Below, piece by piece: positions 7,735 to 18,401 of a DNA stretch of 64,000 nt (position 1 is the stretch's first letter; the number at the start of each line of letters is the position of its first letter). Source of the stretch: a bacterium. Its GTDB lineage: Bacteria > Patescibacteriota > Minisyncoccia > Phycocordibacterales > UBA9973. The position numbers were made by a program, and so were the translations under genes. Under the pieces are notes generated by a model. The model ran no database searches. It was not told where the DNA came from and worked only from the letters and a program-made list of their open reading frames with translations. The DNA is taken from assembly GCA_027484965.1 (NCBI GenBank), contig JAIXRY010000006.1, positions 65,738 to 129,737 of the forward strand, read 5' to 3'.

Positions 7735-9150
7735 TTATTTTCTCTTTATAAGTAGAGAGAGGTCGTTTAATTGTTTGTCACTGATAGGAGAAGGTGCTTC
7801 CATCATAAGGTCTTTACCCTCACCTGTCTTCGGGAATGCTATAACTTCACGAATGTTTGGTTCATTCTCTAGAAGCATAACGAGACGGTCGAATCCCCAT
7901 GCGATTCCTCCGTGTGGAGGTGTACCTGATCCGAGAGCACGAAGCATGTGTCCAAAGTTTCTTTCTATATTCTCGTCTGTGTGTCCAATAATACTTAGAA
8001 CTTGCTTCAACGCTTCTGGTTCGTGGTTTCTTATACTTCCTCCACCGATTTCATATCCATTGAGTGTAATATCGTATTGTGTTGTGAGTATATCTCCAAT
8101 ATTCTTTCTTTCCATCAAGTTCTCCATATGAGCGTCTATTGGACGAGAAAATGGGTTATGAGTGAATGTCCACTCACCTTCTGTATCTGGATTATCTGAA
8201 GTATCTGTTCTCTCGAAAAATGGGAAATCTACAACCCAGCAGAATGCAAGTAAGTTTTCATCAGTCTTGTCTGTGCGGATATCTGGACGGTCATTACCAT
8301 ATTTTTCCATTGCATCTTTGTATGAGATACGTGGAAATGGGATTTCTTGGATTTTCTTTTCTGGATAGAGATTTTGAACAAGTTCAATCAATATTTTTTC
8401 ATTCAAAGCCATTACATCTTCTTGAGTTACAAAACTCATTTCCATGTCGATTTGAGTGAATTCTGGTTGACGATCTCCACGAGTATCTTCATCACGAAGA
8501 CACTTTGCGACTTGGAAATAACGTTCCATACCTGAAGCCATTAAGAGTTGTTTGTATTGTTGAGGAGATTGTGGAAGTGCGTAGAAATTTCCAGGATAAA
8601 GACGTGAAGGTACAACATAGTCACGAGCACCTTCTGGTGTTGATTTTGTAAGGATTGGAGTTTCGATTTCTATGAAGTTTTCTTTGTCGAGACTGTCACG
8701 AATAAACTTAGTCATTTTGTGACGGTTGCGAATGTTCTTTTGGAGACGAGGGCGACGAAGGTCGAGGTATCGCTCAGCAAGGCGAACTTCTTCACCGATT
8801 TCTTTACCGTCTGTAGTTGGGTCAAAAGATGGAGTCTCTGCTTGGTTTAGAACTATTATAGACATGATTTCGAGCTCTATATCACCATTTACCACACCTT
8901 CTTTTTTGTTTCTTTCTGGGCGTTCATTTACTCTACCTGTAAGCTTTATAACCCATTCAGTACGAAGAGTTTTTGCAACCTCTATAGCCTCTGTATAGTT
9001 TGGGAGAACTACAGCTTGGATCTTGCCTGACATATCGCGAATGTCCAAGAAAACCATTTTTCCTTGGTCACGACGAACGTCTACCCATCCAGAAATAGAA
9101 ACTTCCTCACCTTTTTTACTACTCAAATCTTTTATATATATACGTTCCAT
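7735..9150 (-). CDS. aspS: Aspartate-tRNA ligase, short form without the GAD insertion
   Basis: OB fold GWV..RRD, STPEGARDY, LPQSPQQYKQLLM, RDED.R.DRQPEF, PPHGGIAWG.DR; start taken at MERIY. Confidence 0.96.
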   Translation of the reverse strand: MERIYIKDLSSKKGEEVSISGWVDVRRDQGKMVFLDIRDMSGKIQAVVLPNYTEAIEVAKTLRTEWVIKLTGRVNERPERNKKEGVVNGDIELEIMSIIVLNQAETPSFDPTTDGKEIGEEVRLAERYLDLRRPRLQKNIRNRHKMTKFIRDSLDKENFIEIETPILTKSTPEGARDYVVPSRLYPGNFYALPQSPQQYKQLLMASGMERYFQVAKCLRDEDTRGDRQPEFTQIDMEMSFVTQEDVMALNEKILIELVQNLYPEKKIQEIPFPRISYKDAMEKYGNDRPDIRTDKTDENLLAFCWVVDFPFFERTDTSDNPDTEGEWTFTHNPFSRPIDAHMENLMERKNIGDILTTQYDITLNGYEIGGGSIRNHEPEALKQVLSIIGHTDENIERNFGHMLRALGSGTPPHGGIAWGFDRLVMLLENEPNIREVIAFPKTGEGKDLMMEAPSPISDKQLNDLSLLIKRK

Positions 9151-9233
9151 ATGTTTATAGAATAGCAAAAATTAGTCTTTTTGGCGATACTTTTATAAAA
9201 ATAAAAAAGCCGCAAAAATGCGGCTTTTAAAAA

Positions 9234-11033
9234 TCAAACAAAGTTTAATTGAGCGCTTCGGAATAATTTACGGTAAATACCATGTTTATCCATAAGTTCA
9301 GAATGACTACCATCCTCAACGATAATACCATCATCTAAAACAAGTATTCTTCCCACTCGCTCCAAAGATTTGAAGCGGTGCGAAATCATTATTGTTGTTT
9401 TACCTTTAAATAATGTATTGTATTGATCAAAAATTTCTTGTTCAGCTGTAGGGCTTAAAGCGGAGGTTGGTTCATCAAGAATTACAAGATTTGGCTCTCT
9501 GAAAAGAACTTTCGACATCCCAACTTTTTGAGCTGTACCAGAAGAAAGTTTAATCCCTCCACGATAAAAAGTCCCTATTTTTTGATTGTATTTTTGAGAT
9601 TGTTCTTGTACCCAAGGATCAAGACTTGTGTATTTAGCCACTTCATAAACGTATGAAGTATTTTTACTGTCCACATCTCCAACACGTATAGCTTCTTTTA
9701 TGGAAGAATTAAGTACTGAGAATCCTGACATCAGAGCTCCAATTTCTTTATACAGAGTATTAATCTTGAGAGTTCTAATCTCTTGATTATTGATTAATAT
9801 AACACCTCTTTGAGGGTCATAATATCGTAAAAGTAATTGGATTAAAGTAGTTTTTCCTGCTCCATTATCACCAACAAGTCCAATACGTTCTCCTGGCTTT
9901 ATCACAAAACTAACTCCTTTAAGTATCCATCTGTCTGTATCTGGATACTTAAACCAAACATCCTTAAACTCTATCTCAATCATTCCATTATCTGAGTTAA
10001 AATCTTCTTTACCATCAATTACAATGTTTTTATAATCAAGCAGAGTGAATAAGTCTTTAACTTTTCTAAAAAGATCGTCCATATTAGTTAATGACGTTGT
10101 TATGGAATTGAAACTTCCTCGGAAGCTACCTATACCATTTGCCACCATTAAAAGACTTCCTATTGTTAAGTTATTCTCTAATGTTTTAGTAAAAAAGAAG
10201 TGTATCATTATTGAAGCATAGATAACTGATTGAACTATTCCTGCAAATATGTTGTACCAAGATCCCATCATAGAATACCTGACTTGGAGCATCTCAAACT
10301 GAGAAAACATAATCAATCTATACTTTAGAAAATAATCCATTGACCTATTTAAAACATTGTCATAGTCTTCAATTTGGTCAGAAATTTCTCTTTTGTATCG
10401 AGTTATTTCACGGAGACTTTTTTCGTTTCTATATACTCGAATGTTTTTCTTACGAAATAAAAAGAAACGAAATGTGGATCCGGTCAATATTAAAATACCA
10501 TACCACCATTCAAAATAAGATACCAATACAGATGTAAAAACAAGACTGATAACTGACAGTATTATATCTCTATAAGATTCAGTTAGATTAGTGATAGCCT
10601 TTTTGTTTGAATCAGCCTGATCTACAATATCTTTAATTTTTGGATTATTTCTGTCTGCATAACCAAGAGATGCTTTTTTTTCAGAAAAAACTTTTTCAAG
10701 TTTAACGTTCATGTAGTATCCGAGCTTCTTAACTATTTGAGATATAACTTGAGAAAACACAACATCTAAAATGAGGTACACGACAAATCCAATAGAAAGA
10801 AGTGTGAAAATTTTGTAATCTTTTTCAATTGCTTTGTTGGCCATTTGACCAAAAAAGAAGGAGAAGAAAAACCATGAGAATTGAGTAAATAACAATAAAG
10901 GAGCCAGTCTAAAAAATATTTTTCTGGTTTTATTATTAATTGAGAATTTGTTTGCACGAATTAAAATTCGCCAAAAAACGCGGACGATGACCAACCGTCT
11001 CTTAAACGATGATTTGATTTTTTGTTTTTTCAT
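9234..11033 (-). CDS. ABC exporter (fused TMD-NBD) with a degenerate NBD
   Basis: Walker A GDNGAGKTT, Walker B ILDEPT, signature LSSGT; own promoter TTGACT-N17-TATAAT; start taken at MKKQK. Confidence 0.88.
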   Translation of the reverse strand: MKKQKIKSSFKRRLVIVRVFWRILIRANKFSINNKTRKIFFRLAPLLLFTQFSWFFFSFFFGQMANKAIEKDYKIFTLLSIGFVVYLILDVVFSQVISQIVKKLGYYMNVKLEKVFSEKKASLGYADRNNPKIKDIVDQADSNKKAITNLTESYRDIILSVISLVFTSVLVSYFEWWYGILILTGSTFRFFLFRKKNIRVYRNEKSLREITRYKREISDQIEDYDNVLNRSMDYFLKYRLIMFSQFEMLQVRYSMMGSWYNIFAGIVQSVIYASIMIHFFFTKTLENNLTIGSLLMVANGIGSFRGSFNSITTSLTNMDDLFRKVKDLFTLLDYKNIVIDGKEDFNSDNGMIEIEFKDVWFKYPDTDRWILKGVSFVIKPGERIGLVGDNGAGKTTLIQLLLRYYDPQRGVILINNQEIRTLKINTLYKEIGALMSGFSVLNSSIKEAIRVGDVDSKNTSYVYEVAKYTSLDPWVQEQSQKYNQKIGTFYRGGIKLSSGTAQKVGMSKVLFREPNLVILDEPTSALSPTAEQEIFDQYNTLFKGKTTIMISHRFKSLERVGRILVLDDGIIVEDGSHSELMDKHGIYRKLFRSAQLNFV

Positions 11034-11136
11034 AGAACTTTTTGATTTATTTGTATATATTATATCATTATTATTAATATAAGTCAATAAATAAACCACA
11101 TAAAAAGCCTTACTTAGTAAGGCTTTTTATACTGTT

Positions 11137-12930
11137 CTACTTATACCCTTCCGCTTGTAATTTGAACAATCGAGAGTACTCACCTTTTAGTTTTAATAAT
11201 TGTTCGTGAGTGCCTTGCTCCACAATAGTACCATCTCCTATTACTATAATTCTGTCTGCATTACGTACTGTAGAGAATCTGTGAGAGATCATCATTACAG
11301 TTATGTCGTCCGGTAGCTTTTCGAGTTGTTCAAAAATTAGAGATTCTGCTTCAGCATCTATAGCTGATGTCGGTTCATCCAATATCCAAAGAGACGTATT
11401 TCTGTAGAACAATCTAGCGAGGGCAACTTTTTGCCATTGCCCACCAGACATTTCAACACCGTCTTTATACTTCTTTCCTATTTGAGTTTTGTAACCATTT
11501 TCATGAGAGATAATAAAATCGTGAATTTCTGCTTTTTTTGCAGCCTCAATTACTTTATTATCATCAATTTCTTTTTCTATATTTCCAAGGGCTATGGTCT
11601 CTCTGAAAGTTAAGTCAAATTTTGCAAAATCTTGTGGGAGGAACCCTATATTTTCATAGAAAGAAAATTTTTCTAAATCATCAGTTTTTATATTATTGTA
11701 TTCGACACTTCCGCTTGTAGGTAAATAGAATCTGAGAAGAAGTTTTGTAAGTGTTGTTTTACCAGCTCCATTTAATCCTATAATTGCAACTTTTTCTCCT
11801 TTTGCTATAGAAAAATTTAAGTCTTTTAAAATCACTCTTTCTGATCCTGGATATATAAAAGAAACATTTTTAACCTCAAGTTTATCGAAAGATTCTATCT
11901 CTTCATTACCATTTGGAATAACTTGTTGGAATTCCATAAATTTAATAATATCAAACACATAAGGTGCGTCTTTGTACATTCTAGTAAACATTCTAAGTGT
12001 TTGACGTAGATTGTTTGTAAAAGAATCAAATCTTCCATTTACAAAGAAAAAAGTTCCAACGAGAAGTGTTTTTGTGAAGATTTGATGGATAAGAATAATA
12101 GGTACAGCAATTTCAACAATATTAGTAATAATACTTATGATTAATTTTTTTCTTGCATAAATATTGTCCCTATTAGCAAAAACAGTATTTATGTTTCCTC
12201 TAATGTTTTTAAGTCTATTTATAAAAATATTTGCCAATCCATGTATTTTTATTTCTTCAATATATGATTTTGAATTAAAGAATCCGTAATGACTACTCCA
12301 TATTTTTCTTTCCTCACCGACACTATTTTCTGCATCCCACATCATTTTTCCATCAAGTATCTCAACGTAGAAATTAAGCAGAGCTGGAATAATGGCAAAA
12401 GGAAGAATCCACCAAAGTTTGAGCGATATTAAAATAGCCGTACTTATAACCATTGGTATAAGACCTGAAATTAATTGTTGAAGATAATCTGTATAGTTTT
12501 GGAATTTTCCAAAATACATATTTACCCTCACTCTCAGAAGCTCAAAACCAGAACTTTCGTATGTTTGTATGTCTATTCTATTAGAAGCTTCCGCAACTTT
12601 CAAATAACTTTCACCAAAGAATAATCTATTGAAAAAACTTACAACTCTAAAATTCCACATAGAAACAACAGATTGTAATGTCCAAACAAGAAGAAGTGAT
12701 CCTAAAATAATTAGAACTTTTGTCGTTAGAAAAGTTTGTTCTGCACTATATATAGCAGTATTTATAAACTGAGACAGAATCCATGCTGAAATAGCACTAA
12801 GCACAGCCATTAAAACTGTTGTCCCAAAAATAATAGAAACACGCCTCTTATCTGTTTGTATAGAAATTTTAATTACTTTAAGTACTGTTTTTAGAAAATC
12901 ACTTAATTTTACTTTGTCTGATTTTTCCAT
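11137..12930 (-). CDS. ABC exporter (fused TMD-NBD)
   Basis: GLNGAGKTT, MSGGQWQK, ILDEPT, SHRFST. Confidence 0.92.
   Translation of the reverse strand: MEKSDKVKLSDFLKTVLKVIKISIQTDKRRVSIIFGTTVLMAVLSAISAWILSQFINTAIYSAEQTFLTTKVLIILGSLLLVWTLQSVVSMWNFRVVSFFNRLFFGESYLKVAEASNRIDIQTYESSGFELLRVRVNMYFGKFQNYTDYLQQLISGLIPMVISTAILISLKLWWILPFAIIPALLNFYVEILDGKMMWDAENSVGEERKIWSSHYGFFNSKSYIEEIKIHGLANIFINRLKNIRGNINTVFANRDNIYARKKLIISIITNIVEIAVPIILIHQIFTKTLLVGTFFFVNGRFDSFTNNLRQTLRMFTRMYKDAPYVFDIIKFMEFQQVIPNGNEEIESFDKLEVKNVSFIYPGSERVILKDLNFSIAKGEKVAIIGLNGAGKTTLTKLLLRFYLPTSGSVEYNNIKTDDLEKFSFYENIGFLPQDFAKFDLTFRETIALGNIEKEIDDNKVIEAAKKAEIHDFIISHENGYKTQIGKKYKDGVEMSGGQWQKVALARLFYRNTSLWILDEPTSAIDAEAESLIFEQLEKLPDDITVMMISHRFSTVRNADRIIVIGDGTIVEQGTHEQLLKLKGEYSRLFKLQAEGYK
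11141..11211. repeat. 71-bp direct repeat, copy 1 (3' end of ABC gene)
   Basis: 70/71 identical to 12940-13010. Confidence 0.92.
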
Positions 12931-12935
12931 ATATT

Positions 12936-14735
12936 TTATTTATACCCTTCCGCTTGTAATTTAAACAATCGAGAGTACTCACCTTTTAGTTTTAATAATT
13001 GTTCGTGAGTACCATATTCGTGTAATGATGAATCTTTGATAACACAAATTTTATCAGCATTACGAACAGTTGAGAATCTGTGAGAGATCATAATCACAGT
13101 CTTCTCTCTTGAAAACTTTTCAAGAGTCTCAAATATCTTTGCTTCAGCTTCAGCGTCAATAGAGCTTGTTGGTTCGTCGAGAATCATGACAGCAGGGTCA
13201 CGATAGAACATTCGAGCAATTGCGAGCTTTTGCCATTGTCCGACAGAAATATCTACACCTCCTGTATAATGCTTGCCGAGCATTGTCTTTTCTTTTTCTG
13301 GCAGAGAGTTTACAAACTCTGCTTCAGCGATTTTTAGACTATTTTGTACTTTTTCTAAATCAATTTTTCCATTATATCGCCCAAGAGAGACTAGATCTTC
13401 TACAGGTATATGATATCTCCCGTATTCTTGGAATAGCACACCTAGAGCTTTATACCAAGACTCTAGATCGTAATCTTTTATATTTTTTCCATTCAGAAGG
13501 ATTTCACCTTCTGTTACGTCATAAAAGCGACAAAGTAATTTTACAAAAGTTGTCTTCCCTGCTCCGTTTAATCCTATAACAGCTAATTTGTCACCCTTTT
13601 CAATAACAAGATTAAAATTTTTAATTACATATTTTTCTGTTTCTGGATATTTAAAAGACACATTTTTGAATTCTATAGTTGGAGGAGTTTCAATAATCTT
13701 AAGTTTACTAATATTTTTAATACGAGGCTCAATATTCATATATGTAAATAGATCCTCAGTATATTTATAGTCAGGATACAAATCTCCCATTCTACTAAAC
13801 ATCGAGATGAGAGTAATACTAAAAGTTGTAACCAAGGATATTGCAAATATAAAAGATCCAATCTGCAATTCTTTACTAATTACTTTTATAAATAAAAAAT
13901 AGATGACGTATACTATACCAATCTGCGAAATAATTGAAGCAAAAAATCCTTTATAAACAAATTTTTTTTCGTTACTATATTGCTTTAAAAAAACTTCTTC
14001 TAGAAAATTAGAACGAAAGGTACTAAAATATTTACCAGCTTTTGTTAATTTTAATTCTATATATGTAGCAAAATTCTCAAAATAATTTCTATACTCAAAA
14101 TATTTAGAACGTTTTTCTGTATCAACTTCATTACCCCAAATATACCAAGATTCATTGCCATACATTATTTTTATTAATAATAATGGAATTGTTGTAATTA
14201 CTAGAACAATAAAACCTTTGTGAGTAAATTGATATAATGTAATAGAGCTAACGATTAATGTTAATATATCTAAAAAAATTAATAAAAATCTTTCTTGATA
14301 ATTACTTACAACAAAAACACCTTTACTAGATATTCTATTTTTTAAATTGTTAAATTCTTTATCTTCATGCAGTTGAGGGTCTATCTCAATTGCTTTACGT
14401 ATTAATTCATTGTCGTAGAATTTATTATTTTTAAAGTACCAATTTTTTTCCCAAAAAGTTTTTATTATTTCCAAAAAATTAGGAGTGATAATAATAAAAA
14501 TAAATATACCAAATAAAACCCATAACGAATTATTAAATGAGAGAGAGTTTTGTAAAGAATTAATCAATAAAGATTGGATAAAATTTCTAGCGTAAGGTAC
14601 AAACGTGAGCACTAAAGACAAAACAATATAACCTAAAAAATAAAATTTAGAATTTTTGAAAGAATTTTTAAATGCAAAAAAAGCATTTTTAATTATTTTA
14701 GGAAAACTCTTTATTGTTGTTATAAAATCTTTCAT
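12936..14735 (-). CDS. ABC exporter (fused TMD-NBD)
   Basis: GLNGAGKTT, ISVGQWQK, ILDEPT, SHRFST. Confidence 0.92.
   Translation of the reverse strand: MKDFITTIKSFPKIIKNAFFAFKNSFKNSKFYFLGYIVLSLVLTFVPYARNFIQSLLINSLQNSLSFNNSLWVLFGIFIFIIITPNFLEIIKTFWEKNWYFKNNKFYDNELIRKAIEIDPQLHEDKEFNNLKNRISSKGVFVVSNYQERFLLIFLDILTLIVSSITLYQFTHKGFIVLVITTIPLLLIKIMYGNESWYIWGNEVDTEKRSKYFEYRNYFENFATYIELKLTKAGKYFSTFRSNFLEEVFLKQYSNEKKFVYKGFFASIISQIGIVYVIYFLFIKVISKELQIGSFIFAISLVTTFSITLISMFSRMGDLYPDYKYTEDLFTYMNIEPRIKNISKLKIIETPPTIEFKNVSFKYPETEKYVIKNFNLVIEKGDKLAVIGLNGAGKTTFVKLLCRFYDVTEGEILLNGKNIKDYDLESWYKALGVLFQEYGRYHIPVEDLVSLGRYNGKIDLEKVQNSLKIAEAEFVNSLPEKEKTMLGKHYTGGVDISVGQWQKLAIARMFYRDPAVMILDEPTSSIDAEAEAKIFETLEKFSREKTVIMISHRFSTVRNADKICVIKDSSLHEYGTHEQLLKLKGEYSRLFKLQAEGYK
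12940..13010. repeat. 71-bp direct repeat, copy 2 (3' end of ABC gene)
   Basis: 70/71 identical to 11141-11211. Confidence 0.92.
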
Positions 14736-14737
14736 TT

Positions 14738-15706
14738 TTAATAAAGTTTTACCCCTACTGCATTTCTGACTTTTTCCATTTTTGCTTCTACGCGAGCTTT
14801 TGCTCGTTCACCTCCTTTTTTCAAAACATCAAGCACATAATCACGATTTCCATGGAGTTCGGCACGGCGTTTGCGGAATGGTTCACTGAATGCGAGAATG
14901 TCTTCTATTAATTTTTCTTTTGCTTCTTTGTATGAAAGTCCTTTTTTGTAAGAATTAAATAATTCTTCACTTCCATTAAATATTTTGTGAATTTGGTATA
15001 GAACCATATCTTCTGGATTCTTTTCTTCATCTACACCTTTTGAGTCTGTTGGGATGCGCATTACAAGAGACTTTACTTCATCATGTTCTGCAAAAAGTGG
15101 GATTACATTTCCATAACTCTTTGACATTTTTTGACCATCAATACCAGGAACAACAGCAAGAGACTCTACAATCATTTCTTTTGGAAGTTTGAAGATGTCT
15201 GTATTAAATACGCGATTAAATTTCTCAGCTGTGTCCCGAGCGTATTCTATGTGTTGCTTTTGGTCTTTTCCTACTGGCACCACGTCAGCGTCTTGTATGA
15301 GAATATCTGCAGCCATAAGAATCGGATAATCAAAAACTCCCATATTTACTTCTCTGCCTTTTGCCTCAGCGTCTTTGTATGCGTGAGCACGTTCGAGATA
15401 TGGAACAGTGGTAATACAGTTGAAGTACCAAGCAAGCTCAGAAACTTCAGGAATGTCTGACTGTTTAAAGATGAGAGCTTTCTCTGGATCAAGACCACAA
15501 GCCATATAATCTACAGCAATATCGTAGATCTGTTTTGAAAGAAGATCTTTGTCTTGAACAGTGGTAATAGCATGCAGGTCTGCAATAAATATTATTGTTT
15601 CGTATTCGTCTTGAAAATCCACGAATTGTTTGATAGCTCCAAAGTAATTCCCGACATGGAGAAGACCTGTTGGTTTAACACCTGAAAGAAGTATTTTTTT
15701 AGACAT
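14738..15706 (-). CDS. trpS: Tryptophan-tRNA ligase
   Basis: SGVKPTG.LHVGNY, YPILMAADIL, VPVGKDQKQH, KMSKS. Confidence 0.97.
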   Translation of the reverse strand: MSKKILLSGVKPTGLLHVGNYFGAIKQFVDFQDEYETIIFIADLHAITTVQDKDLLSKQIYDIAVDYMACGLDPEKALIFKQSDIPEVSELAWYFNCITTVPYLERAHAYKDAEAKGREVNMGVFDYPILMAADILIQDADVVPVGKDQKQHIEYARDTAEKFNRVFNTDIFKLPKEMIVESLAVVPGIDGQKMSKSYGNVIPLFAEHDEVKSLVMRIPTDSKGVDEEKNPEDMVLYQIHKIFNGSEELFNSYKKGLSYKEAKEKLIEDILAFSEPFRKRRAELHGNRDYVLDVLKKGGERAKARVEAKMEKVRNAVGVKLY

Positions 15707-15751
15707 AGTGAGTATATTTTAACATAATAAAACCATAAAAAAAACGCCACA

Positions 15752-16174
15752 TCAATTGTGTGGCGATTTGTTGTACAAAGAAATATTGCCTTTGAAGTGT
15801 TCTTTGAGAACAATAAAACAATATCTTGTATCATAAGAATACACAATATACTTATCTTCTGCTAAAAGTTGTTCATTTTTGTTGTACAATTTCAATCCAA
15901 ATGAATCTTTTGTAGGTAACTCTTTCAGAAAAATAAGTTTGTATATCTTGTCTTTTTTTAAAGTTATATTATATATACAACTTTCTGCATGATTTTTATT
16001 ACTTGCAAAAAAGCAATACGCCAGATCAATACATTCTTTTTTATAGTCTTTATTATAAAGACTATAGATTTCTTCAGAAGAAAAAACTTTTTTCTTGTTT
16101 TTGTAATAATAAATAAAACCAATACCTGTAGCTATGGCTGCCATAAGTACAATAGTTAAGATAATTACTTCCAT
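15752..16174 (-). CDS. Hypothetical protein with an N-terminal TM anchor
   Basis: Start taken at MEVIILTIV, downstream of a TTGACA...TATAGT promoter. Confidence 0.7.
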   Translation of the reverse strand: MEVIILTIVLMAAIATGIGFIYYYKNKKKVFSSEEIYSLYNKDYKKECIDLAYCFFASNKNHAESCIYNITLKKDKIYKLIFLKELPTKDSFGLKLYNKNEQLLAEDKYIVYSYDTRYCFIVLKEHFKGNISLYNKSPHN

Positions 16175-16340
16175 ATTTTTTATATAACTATATATATTTT
16201 TTAATACTTTTGTCAAATCAGTTTTTAATCTTTTATGTACTTGTTTTACACAAAAAACCTAGTCATTTCATATTTCCCCCCTAAACCCACACTTTTCACA
16301 CAGTACTCGCTCTTTTCCTCACATGCTACAATGTTTCTAC

Positions 16341-17744
16341 ATGGCAAAAGAACAATCAACACATCTCCGTATTCCACCTCACGATCTAGACGCTGAAAAG
16401 GCTGTTCTTGGGTCTCTTATGGTTCGTCCTGGAGCACTTCTTGAAGTTGCAGAAATTCTAGAAAACGACTCTTTCTACTATGGAAAGCATGGAGATATAT
16501 TTGATTCAATTATAGAACTTTCATTAAAAAACGATCCTATTGATCTGCTATCTGTTGCAAATAAATTAAAAGAGAAGAAAAAATTCGACCAAATTGGAGG
16601 CTTATCTTATCTTACAGAACTTACCGATGCTGTACCTTCTTCTACAAACATTCGTCACTATGCAGAAATTGTTCAAAAGAAGTTTCTATTGCGAGGTCTT
16701 GTGCGTGTCGCAGATCATATAGCTGATCTTGGTTTCAAGGAAGATCATCAAGATATAGAAGAAACTCTTGATCAAGCGGAAAAACACCTTCTTGATATGA
16801 AGGGTCGCCCAAAAGAAGCTACTGTAATAATGATAAAAGACGCTCTACATGATGCTATGGAACGTTTTGAGAAGCTTCACGACGAACCAGGAGCACTTCG
16901 TGGTGTTGGTTCTGGATTTCCTTCTCTCGATAAAATGCTATCTGGATTTCAAGGTACAGATCTCATTATACTTGCAGCTCGCCCATCTGTCGGTAAAACA
17001 ACATTTGCACTTGATATAGCCCGCAACGCTGCGACTCTTCACAAAGCTCCTGTAATGGTTTTCTCACTAGAAATGGGATCGCATCAACTTATTGACCGTA
17101 TGGTGGCTGCTCATTCAAAGGTAGATGCGTGGAAACTTCGAACTGGCGCTGGATTCAAACGTGAAGAAGAATATTCAAAACTCCAGCAAGCAATCGGAGA
17201 ACTTTCTCAAGCTCCAATATTTATTGATGATCAGGCCGGCTCAAATATTATACGTATGCGCACCATTGCACGTCGTATCAAGAAAGATCACGGTCTCAGT
17301 ATGATCGTGGTTGATTACCTACAACTCATGAGTCCACTCAAAAACTATGACTCAATGGTAAACCAAGTTACAGAGATTTCTCGTGGACTAAAGGCTCTCG
17401 CAAAGGAATTCAAGGTGCCTGTTATTGCCCTCTCACAGCTCTCTCGTGCTGTTGAAGCTCGTAATGACAAGCCAAGACTATCTGATCTTCGTGATTCTGG
17501 ATCCATCGAGCAAGACGCCGATATTGTAATGTTCTTACATAGAATGGAACAAAGTGAAGAACAAAAAGGAAATAGTGTTCAACCTATCGAACTCATTGTG
17601 GCAAAACACAGAAATGGTGCTCTCGGAAGTATTTATCTAAATCTCTTTGGTAAGAGCACAAGCTTTAATGAAAGCACTGAAGAGTATAGTGACTTTGCAC
17701 CAGTAAAAGACCCTAAGAGTAAGTACGATCTAAGTGACTTCTAA
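16341..17744 (+). CDS. dnaB: Replicative DNA helicase
   Basis: PPHDLDAE, AARPSVGKT, VDYLQL, LSQLSR, DLRDSGSIEQDAD. Confidence 0.98.
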   Translation: MAKEQSTHLRIPPHDLDAEKAVLGSLMVRPGALLEVAEILENDSFYYGKHGDIFDSIIELSLKNDPIDLLSVANKLKEKKKFDQIGGLSYLTELTDAVPSSTNIRHYAEIVQKKFLLRGLVRVADHIADLGFKEDHQDIEETLDQAEKHLLDMKGRPKEATVIMIKDALHDAMERFEKLHDEPGALRGVGSGFPSLDKMLSGFQGTDLIILAARPSVGKTTFALDIARNAATLHKAPVMVFSLEMGSHQLIDRMVAAHSKVDAWKLRTGAGFKREEEYSKLQQAIGELSQAPIFIDDQAGSNIIRMRTIARRIKKDHGLSMIVVDYLQLMSPLKNYDSMVNQVTEISRGLKALAKEFKVPVIALSQLSRAVEARNDKPRLSDLRDSGSIEQDADIVMFLHRMEQSEEQKGNSVQPIELIVAKHRNGALGSIYLNLFGKSTSFNESTEEYSDFAPVKDPKSKYDLSDF

Positions 17745-17747
17745 TAT

Positions 17748-18356
17748 ATGGATGAAATACAAAAACTAACAGCACTATTCAAAGAATTTCCTGGAATTGG
17801 CGAACGACAAGCCAAGCGTTTTGTATATTTTGTATTATCAAAAGACTATGATTACAAAGAAAGATTGGTAAATGCACTTAATGCCGCAAAAGAAAGTGTT
17901 CATCAATGTGGAGAATGCTTCCGCTTCTTTTCTGGTAAAGAAGATGTTTGTTTTAATTGTAAGAATCCTCAAGCAGATAAAACCATGCTTTTAATTGTAG
18001 AGCGTGATTCTGATTACGAAGCTATATCGAGAAGTCGTAATTATTTTGGAAAATATTTTGTACTTGGTGGATCTGTGCCGATTTTAGAGAAAAGACCAGA
18101 AGATGTAGTACGTCTTCGTGAACTTATAAAACAAGTTGAAAATAAAGTTGCAGAAGGACTTCAAGAAATCATTATTGCTTGCTCACTTACACCTTCTGGT
18201 GAACATACAGATGAGACAGTTCGCAGAATCCTCAGACCTATAGCCGAAAAGCACAATCTCAAAATATCATCACTTGGACGCGGACTCTCTACAGGAACAG
18301 AACTTGAATATTCAGACAATGCGACTATCAAATACGCTCTAGAAAGCAGACAATAA
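17748..18356 (+). CDS. recR: Recombination mediator RecR
   Basis: HhH FPGIGERQA, C4 zinc finger, Toprim domain, GTELEYSD. Confidence 0.95.
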   Translation: MDEIQKLTALFKEFPGIGERQAKRFVYFVLSKDYDYKERLVNALNAAKESVHQCGECFRFFSGKEDVCFNCKNPQADKTMLLIVERDSDYEAISRSRNYFGKYFVLGGSVPILEKRPEDVVRLRELIKQVENKVAEGLQEIIIACSLTPSGEHTDETVRRILRPIAEKHNLKISSLGRGLSTGTELEYSDNATIKYALESRQ

Positions 18357-18401
18357 AAAAATCCCGACAGGGATTTTAGAAGTTATTTTTTAATCCGAAA
18401 T

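Noticed and set aside
16271..16300. CCCTAAAC..CAC..TTTTC similarity to 44131-44156
   Set aside because: Only an 8-nt exact match; too short to support a shared element.
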